A stretch of DNA of 64,000 nt from Escherichia phage SmurfNell: the sequence record OR896824.1. The stretch is one strand, 5' to 3'. Below the pieces are notes generated by a model. That model saw nothing but the letters and a program-made list of their open reading frames with translations, searched no databases and had not been told where the DNA came from. Numbering within the stretch: position 1 is the stretch's first letter; the number at the start of each line of letters is the position of its first letter. The position numbers and the translations under genes were made by a program. Below, one piece after another: positions 29,500-38,035 of this stretch.

Positions 29500-30201
29500 A
29501 TGAAATTCAAGCCCTTTGGTATGCTGGACATTGAATCTCTAGGTACTCCAGGAAATTGCGGTACTACTCATATTGCAATGCCTTCTTTCGCTTTTGTAGC
29601 GATGCACGGAATTGATAAAGATCCTGATCTGGTATTCGTTACTCTAGACGTTCAAGATCAGCTTAATGCGGGTGCTAAGGTAACTGCCTCTACTATTGCA
29701 TTCTGGATGGATCAAGCTAAAAACAGTCCATCTGCGCTCCATATTATGGAGGCTCTAAATGGTCGTAATCCTAAGCTGATTGCCTTCCGTGATGGTAAGC
29801 ATCACTGCACTAATGACGTAGGCTCTAATTATGCTGCCTTCTCTATGGCTCAGAACATTATGGAATTGTCTCTAGGAGATAATGCTCTGTATTACGGCAA
29901 TGGCCCAGAGTTTGATATGACAATCTACTCTGCAAATACGTTCCATGCCGGAACCCATGAAGAAATAGTTCCGTGGAAATTCTGGAACTTAGGTAACGTT
30001 CGATCTTTCCGTAATCAGTGGATGCAAGCTGGTTATAGCTATAAAGATCTAGAAGCCGAAGGTGCTAGCTGGGCAAAAGCTAAAATGGAAAAGATGGACA
30101 CCATTCGTTATGGAATCTATCCTGTGAAGCATGATCCAGCATTCGATGCTTTAGTTGAAAGTTATTGTGTAGCCGTCATGATCGAAAAAATCAAAATTTG
30201 A
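29500..30201 (+). CDS. putative DEDD-type 3'-5' exonuclease
   Basis: Exo I-like MLDIESLGT, Exo II-like GPEFDM and Exo III-like HDPAFDALVESY motifs. Confidence 0.5.
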   Translation: MKFKPFGMLDIESLGTPGNCGTTHIAMPSFAFVAMHGIDKDPDLVFVTLDVQDQLNAGAKVTASTIAFWMDQAKNSPSALHIMEALNGRNPKLIAFRDGKHHCTNDVGSNYAAFSMAQNIMELSLGDNALYYGNGPEFDMTIYSANTFHAGTHEEIVPWKFWNLGNVRSFRNQWMQAGYSYKDLEAEGASWAKAKMEKMDTIRYGIYPVKHDPAFDALVESYCVAVMIEKIKI

Positions 30202-30202
30202 T

Positions 30203-30231
30203 TTGCTTTCAGCTCCAAAATTCTGTATAAT
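30203..30231 (+). promoter_or_regulatory. T5-type sigma70 promoter
   Basis: TTGCTT-17-TGTATAATAT plus ATTCATAAATTTGAGAGAA leader. Confidence 0.65.
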
Positions 30232-30271
30232 ATATTCATAAATTTGAGAGAACAACAAAAGGAAAATAATT

Positions 30272-30454
30272 ATGCCAGTATCTAAAAACGTCCGTAAAAA
30301 TGGTAAAGTAGCAAAACGTAACCTGGGTCTGCGTCGTATGGCTGAGCGTCAGTCCGGCATCCAGAAAATCTTTAATGTACTGAATCGCGCCAACCCGAAT
30401 ATTGATAACAGTTCTGATACTGTTCTGCGCACTCTGCTGGCAATCGGTCTGTAA
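30272..30454 (+). CDS. hypothetical basic protein (60 aa)
   Basis: ORF after promoter 30203-30231; host-like codon usage. Confidence 0.5.
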   Translation: MPVSKNVRKNGKVAKRNLGLRRMAERQSGIQKIFNVLNRANPNIDNSSDTVLRTLLAIGL

Positions 30455-30508
30455 TAGGCCGTTTTTAAAACAAATTCAAATCTCAAACTTCATATAAGGA
30501 AGCAAATA

Positions 30509-31147
30509 ATGACTACTCGTATCTCTAAAACTCGTGCTCTGGCAACTATCAAGTCTCTGGAAGCTAAAATCCGTAAAGCTACTGAACAACAGCTTTTGAT
30601 CGCTGTTGGTGAAGGTAAGGACAAGAACCAAGTTGTCGTTGGCGCTGCAATCGAAGTAGATGCTCTGTCTACTCGTATTAAGACTGATTTCCAGTCTCTG
30701 CTGGATATGATGTCCCAGCGTGATCAGCTGAAAGCTGCGCTGATCAAGAGCAATGCTGAAACTGTTGTAGAGATCGGTTCTCGCTCTATGACTGTTGCGG
30801 AAGCAATCGAAGCTAAGCGTTCTATGGAACTCAAAGCTCAGTTGCTGGCTAACATGCGTAAGCAGTTCCATGCTGCTACTGTTAAGTTTAACACTCAGAA
30901 GGCTCAGTTTGACGCCAAGTATGAGCGTCTGCAGGATACCATGGCTACCCGCGACAAGAAGACTTCCGAGGATGAAGTTAAGATGCAGCTTAACCTGCTG
31001 GAACTCAAGAACACTCCGTTCCTGATCGATCCGCTGGAGCTAGAAAAGCTGATCAAGCAACACGACGAAGAATACCAGGACTTTGCAACTAACGTTGACT
31101 TTGTTCTGTCTGAGTCCAACGCCTCTACTTTCATCGAAGTAGAGTAA
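30509..31147 (+). CDS. hypothetical coiled-coil protein (212 aa)
   Basis: Long ORF with host-like optimal codon usage and AAGGAAG RBS. Confidence 0.6.
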   Translation: MTTRISKTRALATIKSLEAKIRKATEQQLLIAVGEGKDKNQVVVGAAIEVDALSTRIKTDFQSLLDMMSQRDQLKAALIKSNAETVVEIGSRSMTVAEAIEAKRSMELKAQLLANMRKQFHAATVKFNTQKAQFDAKYERLQDTMATRDKKTSEDEVKMQLNLLELKNTPFLIDPLELEKLIKQHDEEYQDFATNVDFVLSESNASTFIEVE

Positions 31148-31527
31148 TAATTTAAAAGACTAGTAAATCGGTAGACGAAAGCCCAAGCATCTTACCTCGC
31201 AGCAGCGGTTGAAATACGAGGTTAAATAAGACCGCTGACCATACTATAAAGTATAATCTATTGGAGATTATGTTTATTACACCAGCCTCTTAAGCTGAAC
31301 TGTAAAAACGGTCGTTGGTAGTACCAACACAACTTCAAAGATCAACGCTCAAGTATGAAAGCTGAAAAGTTAAAAGAACTCAAACTTCTAACCTTCTAAA
31401 GCTAAAAGATGCAAAGTATTCGTTGATGATTCAAACCCTAGATCAAAGGTACATGGCTCATAAGATATGGCCTGTGGCGCCTCTAGGCTGTTTATCGGTT
31501 CACTAGTCTCTCAATTTAAAAATGTAT

Positions 31528-31556
31528 TTGCTAATTAGTTTAGTTTTCTATATAAT
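31528..31556 (+). promoter_or_regulatory. T5-type sigma70 promoter
   Basis: TTGCTA-17-TATAATAT plus TTTTTAAATTGATGAGACGAGG leader. Confidence 0.65.
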
Positions 31557-31586
31557 ATATTTTTAAATTGATGAGACGAGGCTATT

Positions 31587-31904
31587 ATGATTTTTCATAT
31601 TCTGATTGATGATGTTCGTGACCTGCATGGGATGGATATTATCATTCGAACCCCCGAAGCCGCTATTGAGTTTCTGAATACAACCGATACCACCGGACAT
31701 TTCGTTTATATGGATAATGATCTGGCTGTAGATGGTATGGAAGGTTATCAAATTCTTCGTTTACTCCTAGAATTTGGACAGAGACCCAAGAAAGTGGTAC
31801 TAGTAACCTCGAACCCTGTAGCTAAGCAGAACATGCGTAATGATTTGCTTGACGAAGGGTATCAAGAAAGCCCTAATCGTATTGAGTACGATTGGCCGGA
31901 GTAA
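31587..31904 (+). CDS. hypothetical protein with receiver-domain-like features (105 aa)
   Basis: Downstream of promoter 31528-31556; ILIDDVRD ... YMDNDLAVDGMEG ... VVLVTS pattern resembles a CheY-like receiver fold. Confidence 0.4.
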   Translation: MIFHILIDDVRDLHGMDIIIRTPEAAIEFLNTTDTTGHFVYMDNDLAVDGMEGYQILRLLLEFGQRPKKVVLVTSNPVAKQNMRNDLLDEGYQESPNRIEYDWPE

Positions 31905-31909
31905 ATAAA

Positions 31910-32359
31910 ATGAAGGCAGCTTTGCTTCTAATAGCTGCCCTAACCTATAGCTTCAATAGTCATGCTACCTACGACTCAAAGCAGATTGATTGCATTGCAA
32001 AAAATATCTACTTCGAAGCACGAGGTGATGGCACAAAGGGAATGATTGCAGTTGCACAGGTTACTAAAAACCGTGTAAACTCCGGTAAATTCCCTGATTC
32101 TTACTGTAAAGTAGTATATCAGTCTAACCAATTCAGCTGGACAGCTAAAAAACCTAGGGTTGATAAAACAGATGAGACTTGGCAAGTTGCTAAGAACTTA
32201 GCTAGAGTGATATACTACGTTGATTTACCACAAGATCCAACACAGGGGGCGTTATACTTCCATAGCGGTAAAGATAAACCGTACTGGACAAAGAAGTTTA
32301 AGAAAACAACGAAGATTCAAGGCCATACGTTCTACAAGCCTGTGGTTAAGAAAACTTAA
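31910..32359 (+). CDS. secreted cell-wall hydrolase (SleB-like)
   Basis: Signal peptide MKAALLLIAALTYSFNSHA followed by IDCIAKNIYFEARGDG...AVAQVTKNRV, typical of SleB-type hydrolases; ATG 31910 has GGAG RBS. Confidence 0.65.
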   Translation: MKAALLLIAALTYSFNSHATYDSKQIDCIAKNIYFEARGDGTKGMIAVAQVTKNRVNSGKFPDSYCKVVYQSNQFSWTAKKPRVDKTDETWQVAKNLARVIYYVDLPQDPTQGALYFHSGKDKPYWTKKFKKTTKIQGHTFYKPVVKKT

Positions 32360-32367
32360 AAATTCGA

Positions 32368-32396
32368 TTGCTTAAAGACTTAAATTTCTGTATAAT
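32368..32396 (+). promoter_or_regulatory. T5-type sigma70 promoter
   Basis: TTGCTT-17-TGTATAATAC plus TTTCATAAATTAATGAGAGGAAG leader. Confidence 0.65.
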
Positions 32397-32427
32397 ACTT
32401 TCATAAATTAATGAGAGGAAGCGAAAT

Positions 32428-32598
32428 ATGAAATCAGTTGTAATTATTGGTGTTAATACCCGTGGTATCCGTACTACGAAAACAGTTAAAACTACTAACG
32501 TTGCTGAAATTACTACAAACCCTAAGAAGTTTGATTTCGCCAAAGTCTCGGCAGTTATGACAGAACAATCTTTTAACCAAGCACTGGGAATTAAATAA
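32428..32598 (+). CDS. hypothetical small protein (56 aa)
   Basis: Below ORF-track cutoff; GAGAGGAAG RBS directly downstream of promoter 32368-32396. Confidence 0.45.
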   Translation: MKSVVIIGVNTRGIRTTKTVKTTNVAEITTNPKKFDFAKVSAVMTEQSFNQALGIK

Positions 32599-33041
32599 TG
32601 GAAGAAAATATTCTAAATGTTTTGCGTAGGGCTTTGCAGGAATCTAAGATTGATGGCTCTGATAAAGAGGTAGCTAAAAGCTACCAGACCATAATCGAAG
32701 ATCTTCAGCGTGTTGATAAAGACTTCATTACTTCTGAACAGTTTGTGTCTTATCTCAAAGCTCAGCTGAAAAGCATTAATCAGACGAAAGCTAAACTTCA
32801 TGGTCAAGACCTTGATAATTATAGCTTGCAGTCTGCTCAGTATGAATATATACTGAACAAATGGCTACAACAGTATCTGCCGCCTCAGCTTTCTGATTCT
32901 GAGATTCGCAAATACTTTGCAGAATTAGTTAAGTTGAACCCTGGGATTACGAAGAGTATGCTGATGAAAGCGATTAAGGAAGAATTCCCTGGTCGTTATG
33001 ACGGTGGCATCGCTGCTCAGGTTGCTGGCGAATTTAACTAA
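32598..33041 (+). CDS. hypothetical protein (147 aa)
   Basis: ORF overlapping the preceding stop (ATAATGG). Confidence 0.55.
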   Translation: MEENILNVLRRALQESKIDGSDKEVAKSYQTIIEDLQRVDKDFITSEQFVSYLKAQLKSINQTKAKLHGQDLDNYSLQSAQYEYILNKWLQQYLPPQLSDSEIRKYFAELVKLNPGITKSMLMKAIKEEFPGRYDGGIAAQVAGEFN

Positions 33042-33049
33042 AAATTGAT

Positions 33050-33078
33050 TTGCTAAACGCTTCAAAATTCTGTATAAT
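33050..33078 (+). promoter_or_regulatory. T5-type sigma70 promoter driving the ORF-free 33.1-33.9 kb region and tRNA-Arg
   Basis: TTGCTA-17-TGTATAATAG plus ATTCATAAATTAGAGAACAG leader; no ORF for about 950 nt downstream. Confidence 0.65.
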
Positions 33079-33084
33079 AGATTC

Positions 33085-33937
33085 ATAAATTAGAGAACAG
33101 CGAGCCGATTACGCTGAGTGAGTTTAGTGATTCCTACTAGGATAGCTACTCCACTGAATAGAGTCGGTGAGTTGGAGACTAGTAAGTACTCTGAGAGAGG
33201 CTACGAGCTAACGCTTATTGCTATTGATAGGGAACTGAAAATCTGCGGAAAACTCGGGAGCTGTCCCGAAATCTCGTAAACTCTTCTCTAGTTTATGTTA
33301 GTGGGGTGTCGAACTGACTTATGTGATAACACTGCCGTCCTAGTATAAACGGTAATATCAAACCGTAACTGGTGGAAGATGCAGGTTCGAATCCTGCGGT
33401 CGGAAAGAATCAGATAACTCGGGCTTATACCGGATAAGCATTCGCTGCTGTAGTACATACTATGACGGTTCAGGAGGTACGCCTCCTGATCAGTATTAGG
33501 TTAGAATCGAAACAGCTAAACCACGAGGAAACCTGACGGCCTCAACCAAACTCGGAACTCGGGATCACTGCCTAGTGTGTACCCCGTTTAACCTGAGACT
33601 AGGCATCCAGCTTCGCATCGAAAATCGGAGGTGCGATTCTAACAGACCGCGTGAATATGAGAGTGGGAAACGCTGACATGAGAGATGTCACTAATGGTGC
33701 CCAATAGTACAGGTAATTCGCGATAATTCCTGTTGAGCGGCAGCAGTAGGCTGGGAGTCATGACCTAAGCCTAACCGAGTTCTTCACATACGGAGAACAT
33801 AACCACAAAGTCACCCTGACTTAAACTGGAAGATATTGTCTGACGGAAGGGCTGCAGAGCTTAATCTGAGGGGGCTGACCCTACCTACCGTCGGGTATCT
33901 TTAAGAGCTTTTATAAGAGTTCTTAAAAATACCTAAA
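33085..33937 (+). other. ORF-free transcribed region (putative ncRNA / tRNA precursor leader) containing a degenerate tRNA-like element
   Basis: About 850 nt downstream of promoter 33050-33078 with no ORF of 60 aa or more on either strand; ends at tRNA-Arg(TCT); contains several hairpins (e.g. CAGGAGG-TACG-CCTCCTG at 33487-33504). Confidence 0.35.
33346..33417 (+). other. degenerate tRNA-like element (canonical T-arm, 8-nt putative anticodon loop, imperfect acceptor stem)
   Basis: GCAGG-TTCGAAT-CCTGC T-arm and ACGGT/ACCGT hairpin with 8-nt loop; acceptor pairing has a U-U mismatch and no CCA. Confidence 0.25.
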
Positions 33938-34012
33938 CGGGGTGTAGTCTAAGGGATAGGCAGGAGTCTTCTAAATTCCTTTATGCAGGTTCGAATCCTG
34001 TCACCTCGGCCA
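33938..34012 (+). tRNA. tRNA-Arg (anticodon TCT)
   Basis: Hand-folded cloverleaf: acceptor CGGGGTG/CACCTCG, anticodon loop CTTCTAA, T-loop TTCGAAT, encoded CCA. Confidence 0.7.
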
Positions 34013-34038
34013 ATTTTATTAACTGCTAGGAAAATAAA

Positions 34039-34239
34039 GTGAAAACACGATATATAGTAAAAGTAGTAGGTGAACATTCACAAGTAAATACCACCGATGT
34101 TACAGCGCTAGCATTTGAAGTAGTCTCCGGTATAGTCATATTTCATAACGGAGATATCAAAGCTCCTGAATTTGCTGTGGATGCTAGCCTGTTTATTTCT
34201 GCAACTAAAGTAACTGTAGTAGCTAACCCTTCTAAATAA
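34039..34239 (+). CDS. hypothetical protein (66 aa, GTG start)
   Basis: ORF immediately after tRNA-Arg with AGGAAA RBS. Confidence 0.4.
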   Translation: MKTRYIVKVVGEHSQVNTTDVTALAFEVVSGIVIFHNGDIKAPEFAVDASLFISATKVTVVANPSK

Positions 34240-34250
34240 TAAGGAAATAT

Positions 34251-35195
34251 ATGTTTACTAAAAACACTAAAGAACTGACTTCCGATCAAAAAGTAATTCG
34301 TACTATTAAACGTTGGGGCGTTGGTGCTGTAGTTGGTCTTGGCGCTCTTATTCTGGCTCTCAATTCCTATACAGTTGTTCAGGACGGTACGGTTAAAACT
34401 CAGACTTTCCTGGGTAAAGTTAGTCCTAATCCTGTATTGCCGGGGTTCCATATTGTCAACCCATTCGCCTCTTTTGATACTTTTAGTACGAAAGATATTT
34501 CTATGAAACTGGATAAACTTCAGGTTCCTAGCCAGGATAAGTTTAAGTCCACTGTTGACATTACCGTTATGTTGCAGTTTGATGGTGCTAAAGCTCCTAT
34601 GAACCGTGTTAACGCAGGTACTCAGGATCAAGCTCTGAACAAGTACGTTGAAGAGAAGATGCTATCTACGATTCGTGAGTTTGGTAAGTCTGTACCAAAA
34701 GCACAAGATCTGTTCGACGCTAAGATTCAGGCTCAACTGCAAACTGCTATTCAGCAAGAAGTAGAAGAGTACGCGCGTCCTTATGGTTACACGGTTAAGC
34801 AAGTATTCCTTCAGGATATTACTCTGCCACCTGTAATCATGGAACAGGTACAAAACACAAAAGTTCGTGAAGAACAAGTTAACGCCGCTAAAGCTGAATT
34901 GGCTCGTGTTGAACAAGAAGCACAGCAGAAAGTTAAGCAAGCTGAAGCTGATCGTTCTGCTCGTGAAAACATGGCAGTAGCTAACGAACGTGACGCAGAT
35001 GCTAAACTGTACGCAGCTAAGAAAGAAGCTGAAGCTAACGCCGCGCTGCAACGTACCATTACTCCTGAAATGATTCGTTGGAAGCAGCTGGAAGTTGAAA
35101 TGCTTCGTGCTGAAAAATACCAAGGTGGTGTACCGCAGACTATTGTTGGTACTGGCTACGATGGTCAAATGATCATGGATATGCGTAACAAGTAA
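34251..35195 (+). CDS. SPFH/band-7 (prohibitin/HflKC-like) membrane protein
   Basis: N-terminal transmembrane helix (WGVGAVVGLGALILAL) followed by an SPFH-like domain and a long coiled coil; terminator at 35219-35260. Confidence 0.65.
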   Translation: MFTKNTKELTSDQKVIRTIKRWGVGAVVGLGALILALNSYTVVQDGTVKTQTFLGKVSPNPVLPGFHIVNPFASFDTFSTKDISMKLDKLQVPSQDKFKSTVDITVMLQFDGAKAPMNRVNAGTQDQALNKYVEEKMLSTIREFGKSVPKAQDLFDAKIQAQLQTAIQQEVEEYARPYGYTVKQVFLQDITLPPVIMEQVQNTKVREEQVNAAKAELARVEQEAQQKVKQAEADRSARENMAVANERDADAKLYAAKKEAEANAALQRTITPEMIRWKQLEVEMLRAEKYQGGVPQTIVGTGYDGQMIMDMRNK

Positions 35196-35218
35196 TAGTT
35201 ACACGTAATCTTCGAACC

Positions 35219-35260
35219 AAGCCCGCGTTTCCTCCGAGAGCGCGGGCTTTTCTGTATTTA
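35219..35260 (+). terminator. rho-independent terminator downstream of the SPFH gene
   Basis: AAGCCCGCG...CGCGGGCTT stem followed by TTCTGTATTT. Confidence 0.6.
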
Positions 35261-35407
35261 AGGCAAAAGAAAAGCCCATAAGTTATTCAACTAAGGTCTT
35301 TAGTATTTAATTCTTTAATTCTTTAGAATCATATACTATTATTGTAGCAACAACGTGCTACCACTAAATGCCTTGAGATTTTTCCACTAAAAAGTTTAAA
35401 AATTCGA

Positions 35408-35436
35408 TTGCTTGAACGCTAAATTCTCTGTATAAT
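35408..35436 (+). promoter_or_regulatory. T5-type sigma70 promoter upstream of nadR-pnuC
   Basis: TTGCTT-17-TGTATAATAT plus ATTTATAAATTTGAGAGAGGAATCAAAT leader. Confidence 0.7.
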
Positions 35437-35466
35437 ATATTTATAAATTTGAGAGAGGAATCAAAT

Positions 35467-36522
35467 ATGATTAAGACTGGTCTAGTAATTGGTAAGTTCG
35501 CGCCATTAACGCGTGGTCATATTAACCTAATAAACACAGCAGCAACTATGTGTGAACGAGTTATTGTTGTAGTTAGTCATGATAATCGTTGGCTGGATAA
35601 GCAGAACACACGTGATCAGGAAGTATTACAGTTAAAGAATCGACTTCGTTGGTTAGAACAAACTTACGCGGATATTGAGCACATTTCGGTAGAGTACATT
35701 ATTGAAGATGATATTCCTGAATATCCGAATGGTTGGCCGGAATATGCTAGAATCCTTAATGAAAATTACGGACATTTGCCTGAGATCACCGTTTTCTCTA
35801 GCGAACTAGACTATGATGCAGAATATAAGAAATATCTGCCGAAGTTTGGTCATTATATTGTAGATTCTGATCGGACTCGTGTTCCAATCTCAGCTACAAT
35901 GATTCGTAATGATCTTATGAAGTATTGGGAGTTTCTTCCTAGCGTAGTTCGTAAAGATTACGTGCGTAAGGTTGTAATCATTGGGACTGAAAGCTCGGGA
36001 AAGACTACTTTAACAAAATACCTTGCGAAGCTATACAACACTTCGTGGGTAGAAGAATATGGCCGAACGTATTGTGAAGTTGATCTAGTTGGTAACGAAA
36101 ATCTACTTATCAGTGAAGATTACAGTAAAATTGCGTTCAGACACAAAGAGCTAGAGTTTGAGGCAGAACGTACTGCAAATAAGATCATGTTTGTAGACAC
36201 AAATGCTTTTATTACTGAGTTCTACCACAGACTTTATGAACATCGTAAGAATCCTGTGGTTACAGCAATTGCAAAAGAAGAACATTACGATTTAGTAATT
36301 GTTCTAGCGCCTACTGTTAAGTGGGTAGATGATGGTTTACGTATTAACTCCGATCGTTCAATTACTTCTGAACTGTTCGAGCAGATGAAGAAAGAATTTC
36401 CAAATCAGTTCCCTGAAGGGCGTACTGTTTACATCGACTCCCCGGACTACAAAGTTCGTATGGACGAAGCAGTAAACGCAGTAGACTGGCTGATTCATCA
36501 CTTTAACGTTGGAGAGTTTTAA
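35467..36522 (+). CDS. nadR: NadR-like bifunctional NMN adenylyltransferase / ribosylnicotinamide kinase
   Basis: Cytidylyltransferase (H/T)xGH motif region (GKFAPLTRGHINLI) followed by a P-loop kinase domain (VVIIGTESSGKTTL); start 35467 after GAGAGAGGAA RBS. Confidence 0.75.
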   Translation: MIKTGLVIGKFAPLTRGHINLINTAATMCERVIVVVSHDNRWLDKQNTRDQEVLQLKNRLRWLEQTYADIEHISVEYIIEDDIPEYPNGWPEYARILNENYGHLPEITVFSSELDYDAEYKKYLPKFGHYIVDSDRTRVPISATMIRNDLMKYWEFLPSVVRKDYVRKVVIIGTESSGKTTLTKYLAKLYNTSWVEEYGRTYCEVDLVGNENLLISEDYSKIAFRHKELEFEAERTANKIMFVDTNAFITEFYHRLYEHRKNPVVTAIAKEEHYDLVIVLAPTVKWVDDGLRINSDRSITSELFEQMKKEFPNQFPEGRTVYIDSPDYKVRMDEAVNAVDWLIHHFNVGEF

Positions 36523-36523
36523 T

Positions 36524-37201
36524 ATGACTAACTATCTTGTAAATGACTTTAAAAACTGGAAACCTTTGGAATATCTGTGGCTGTTTATAGCAGTCGCCTT
36601 TATTAGTTTAGCAAACTATAATGGTACAGCTCTAGATTGGGCTACTGCAATAACCAATGTGGTTTGTGTTATTCTGGTTGCAAAAGGACGTGTTTCCAAC
36701 TATATTTGGGGCTTAGTGGGTGTTCTTACATATGGTATTACAGCTTTAAACGCAGATCTTTATGGTAACGCTGCACTAAACCTGCTATACTACGTTCCTA
36801 TGCAGTTTTATGGAATGTACTTATGGCATAAAAATAAGCCAAGTAATCTGCCAGATGTTCCAACTAAGTTTCTGACTAAAGCCCAAGCTCTGCTGACTCT
36901 AGGGATTCTAGCAGTAGCCACGTTAGGGTATGGTAGTTTCTTAGCTACTACAGCTGATCCATTCCCAATGCTCGATGCATTTACTGCGGTTGGTAGTGTG
37001 ATCGCTATGTGGCTTATGGTTAAGCAGTATGCCGAGCAGTGGCTGATCTGGATTGCTATTAACATTGGTACTGTGTACATTTGGCTTGTAACTGCTCAAT
37101 CTACAGGTGCATCTTATGCAATCCTAGCAATGTGGCTAGTATTCTTAGGTAACTCTATTATGGGAGCCTATAAAGGATACTTTGTACGCGTTAACAAATA
37201 A
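36524..37201 (+). CDS. pnuC: PnuC-like nicotinamide riboside transporter
   Basis: About 225-aa polytopic membrane protein with Trp/Tyr-rich motifs (NYIWGLVGVLTYG, LYYVPMQFYGMYLW) typical of PnuC; overlaps nadR stop. Confidence 0.7.
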   Translation: MTNYLVNDFKNWKPLEYLWLFIAVAFISLANYNGTALDWATAITNVVCVILVAKGRVSNYIWGLVGVLTYGITALNADLYGNAALNLLYYVPMQFYGMYLWHKNKPSNLPDVPTKFLTKAQALLTLGILAVATLGYGSFLATTADPFPMLDAFTAVGSVIAMWLMVKQYAEQWLIWIAINIGTVYIWLVTAQSTGASYAILAMWLVFLGNSIMGAYKGYFVRVNK

Positions 37202-37207
37202 AGTAGT

Positions 37208-37236
37208 TATAGCCCTCGCTTAGAGGGCTATTATAC
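37208..37236 (+). terminator. putative terminator downstream of pnuC
   Basis: TAGCCCTC-GCTTA-GAGGGCTA hairpin followed by a weak T-run. Confidence 0.4.
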
Positions 37237-37248
37237 AGAAATTTTCAC

Positions 37249-37277
37249 TTGCTTAATATAGAAAATTTCTGTATAAT
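37249..37277 (+). promoter_or_regulatory. T5-type sigma70 promoter
   Basis: TTGCTT-17-TGTATAATAT plus ATTTATAAATTCGAGAGAGGAATCAAAC leader. Confidence 0.7.
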
Positions 37278-37307
37278 ATATTTATAAATTCGAGAGAGGA
37301 ATCAAAC

Positions 37308-37604
37308 ATGAAACGCATTGTACTTGCATTGACTCTAGTATCTACTTCTGTATTTGCTGCTCCGCAACAGGAACTTTGTCAAGTTCAGGTTTGTAATAAG
37401 CTAGAACGATTTACTCTAAACATTTGGTCCCATATTAAAGATAATATGGGTGAACAGTGTTTTGATATTGTTCTGCCAAAAGAACAGGCTATTCCTGGTG
37501 CTGTTCTTAGCTCAGAATCACGTTGGTGGCAGGGTTCTTCTATCAATCCAACTAAGAAGTCAGTGACACGTATCAAACAAGTATATCAGTGCAAGGTTCA
37601 GTAA
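37308..37604 (+). CDS. secreted hypothetical protein (98 aa)
   Basis: Signal peptide MKRIVLALTLVSTSVFAAP; downstream of promoter 37249-37277. Confidence 0.55.
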   Translation: MKRIVLALTLVSTSVFAAPQQELCQVQVCNKLERFTLNIWSHIKDNMGEQCFDIVLPKEQAIPGAVLSSESRWWQGSSINPTKKSVTRIKQVYQCKVQ

Positions 37605-37612
37605 AATTTCAC

Positions 37613-37641
37613 TTGCTTAATGTCGAAATTTTCTGTATAAT
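37613..37641 (+). promoter_or_regulatory. T5-type sigma70 promoter driving the first tRNA block
   Basis: TTGCTT-17-TGTATAATAT; tRNA-Ser starts 15 nt after the -10. Confidence 0.65.
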
Positions 37642-37655
37642 ATATTCATAAATTC

Positions 37656-37749
37656 GGAAGATTAACCCTAATGGTAAGGGAGCTGTTTGCTAAACAGCCA
37701 GTAGCTGTGGAGACACGGTGTGCCAGTTCGAATCTGGCATCTTCCTCCA
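37656..37749 (+). tRNA. tRNA-Ser (anticodon GCT), type II
   Basis: Acceptor GGAAGAT/ATCTTCC, anticodon stem-loop GCTGT-TTGCTAA-ACAGC, long variable arm, T-arm GCCAG-TTCGAAT-CTGGC, CCA. Confidence 0.7.
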
Positions 37750-37754
37750 GATTT

Positions 37755-37832
37755 GGTTCTCAAGCTCATTTGGTATGAGCCGTCGCCTCATAAGCGAAAG
37801 GTAGGTAGGTTCGAATCCTCCGGGAGCCACCA
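37755..37832 (+). tRNA. tRNA with CAT anticodon (Met or Ile2)
   Basis: Acceptor GGTTCTC/GGGAGCC with G-U pairs, D-stem GCTC/GAGC, anticodon loop CTCATAA, CCA; one mismatch in T-stem. Confidence 0.55.
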
Positions 37833-37849
37833 ATTAATTAGGAGACTAT

Positions 37850-38035
37850 ATGTCACGCTTTCGAGAAATTGCTCAAGAGCTAGAAGAATGTGCCTGCCCA
37901 AAATGCTTCGGAGCAGGTGAATGGAACGATGCTGAACCTGGTGATACATGGTATAATACATACGTTTGTACACATTGTAATAGTTCTGGTATTAATCCTG
38001 AATGCGGTATTTCTCTAGATATTGAGCGAGGCTAA
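37850..38035 (+). CDS. small Cys-rich zinc-ribbon protein (61 aa)
   Basis: CxxC...CxxC (CACPKCFGAG...CTHCNSSG); GGAG RBS. Confidence 0.5.
   Translation: MSRFREIAQELEECACPKCFGAGEWNDAEPGDTWYNTYVCTHCNSSGINPECGISLDIERG

Noticed and set aside
34662-35168. Minus-strand ORFs 34662-35168 and 34811-35059 antisense to the SPFH gene
   Set aside because: Low-complexity translations produced by the codon-biased sense strand; no RBS or promoter.
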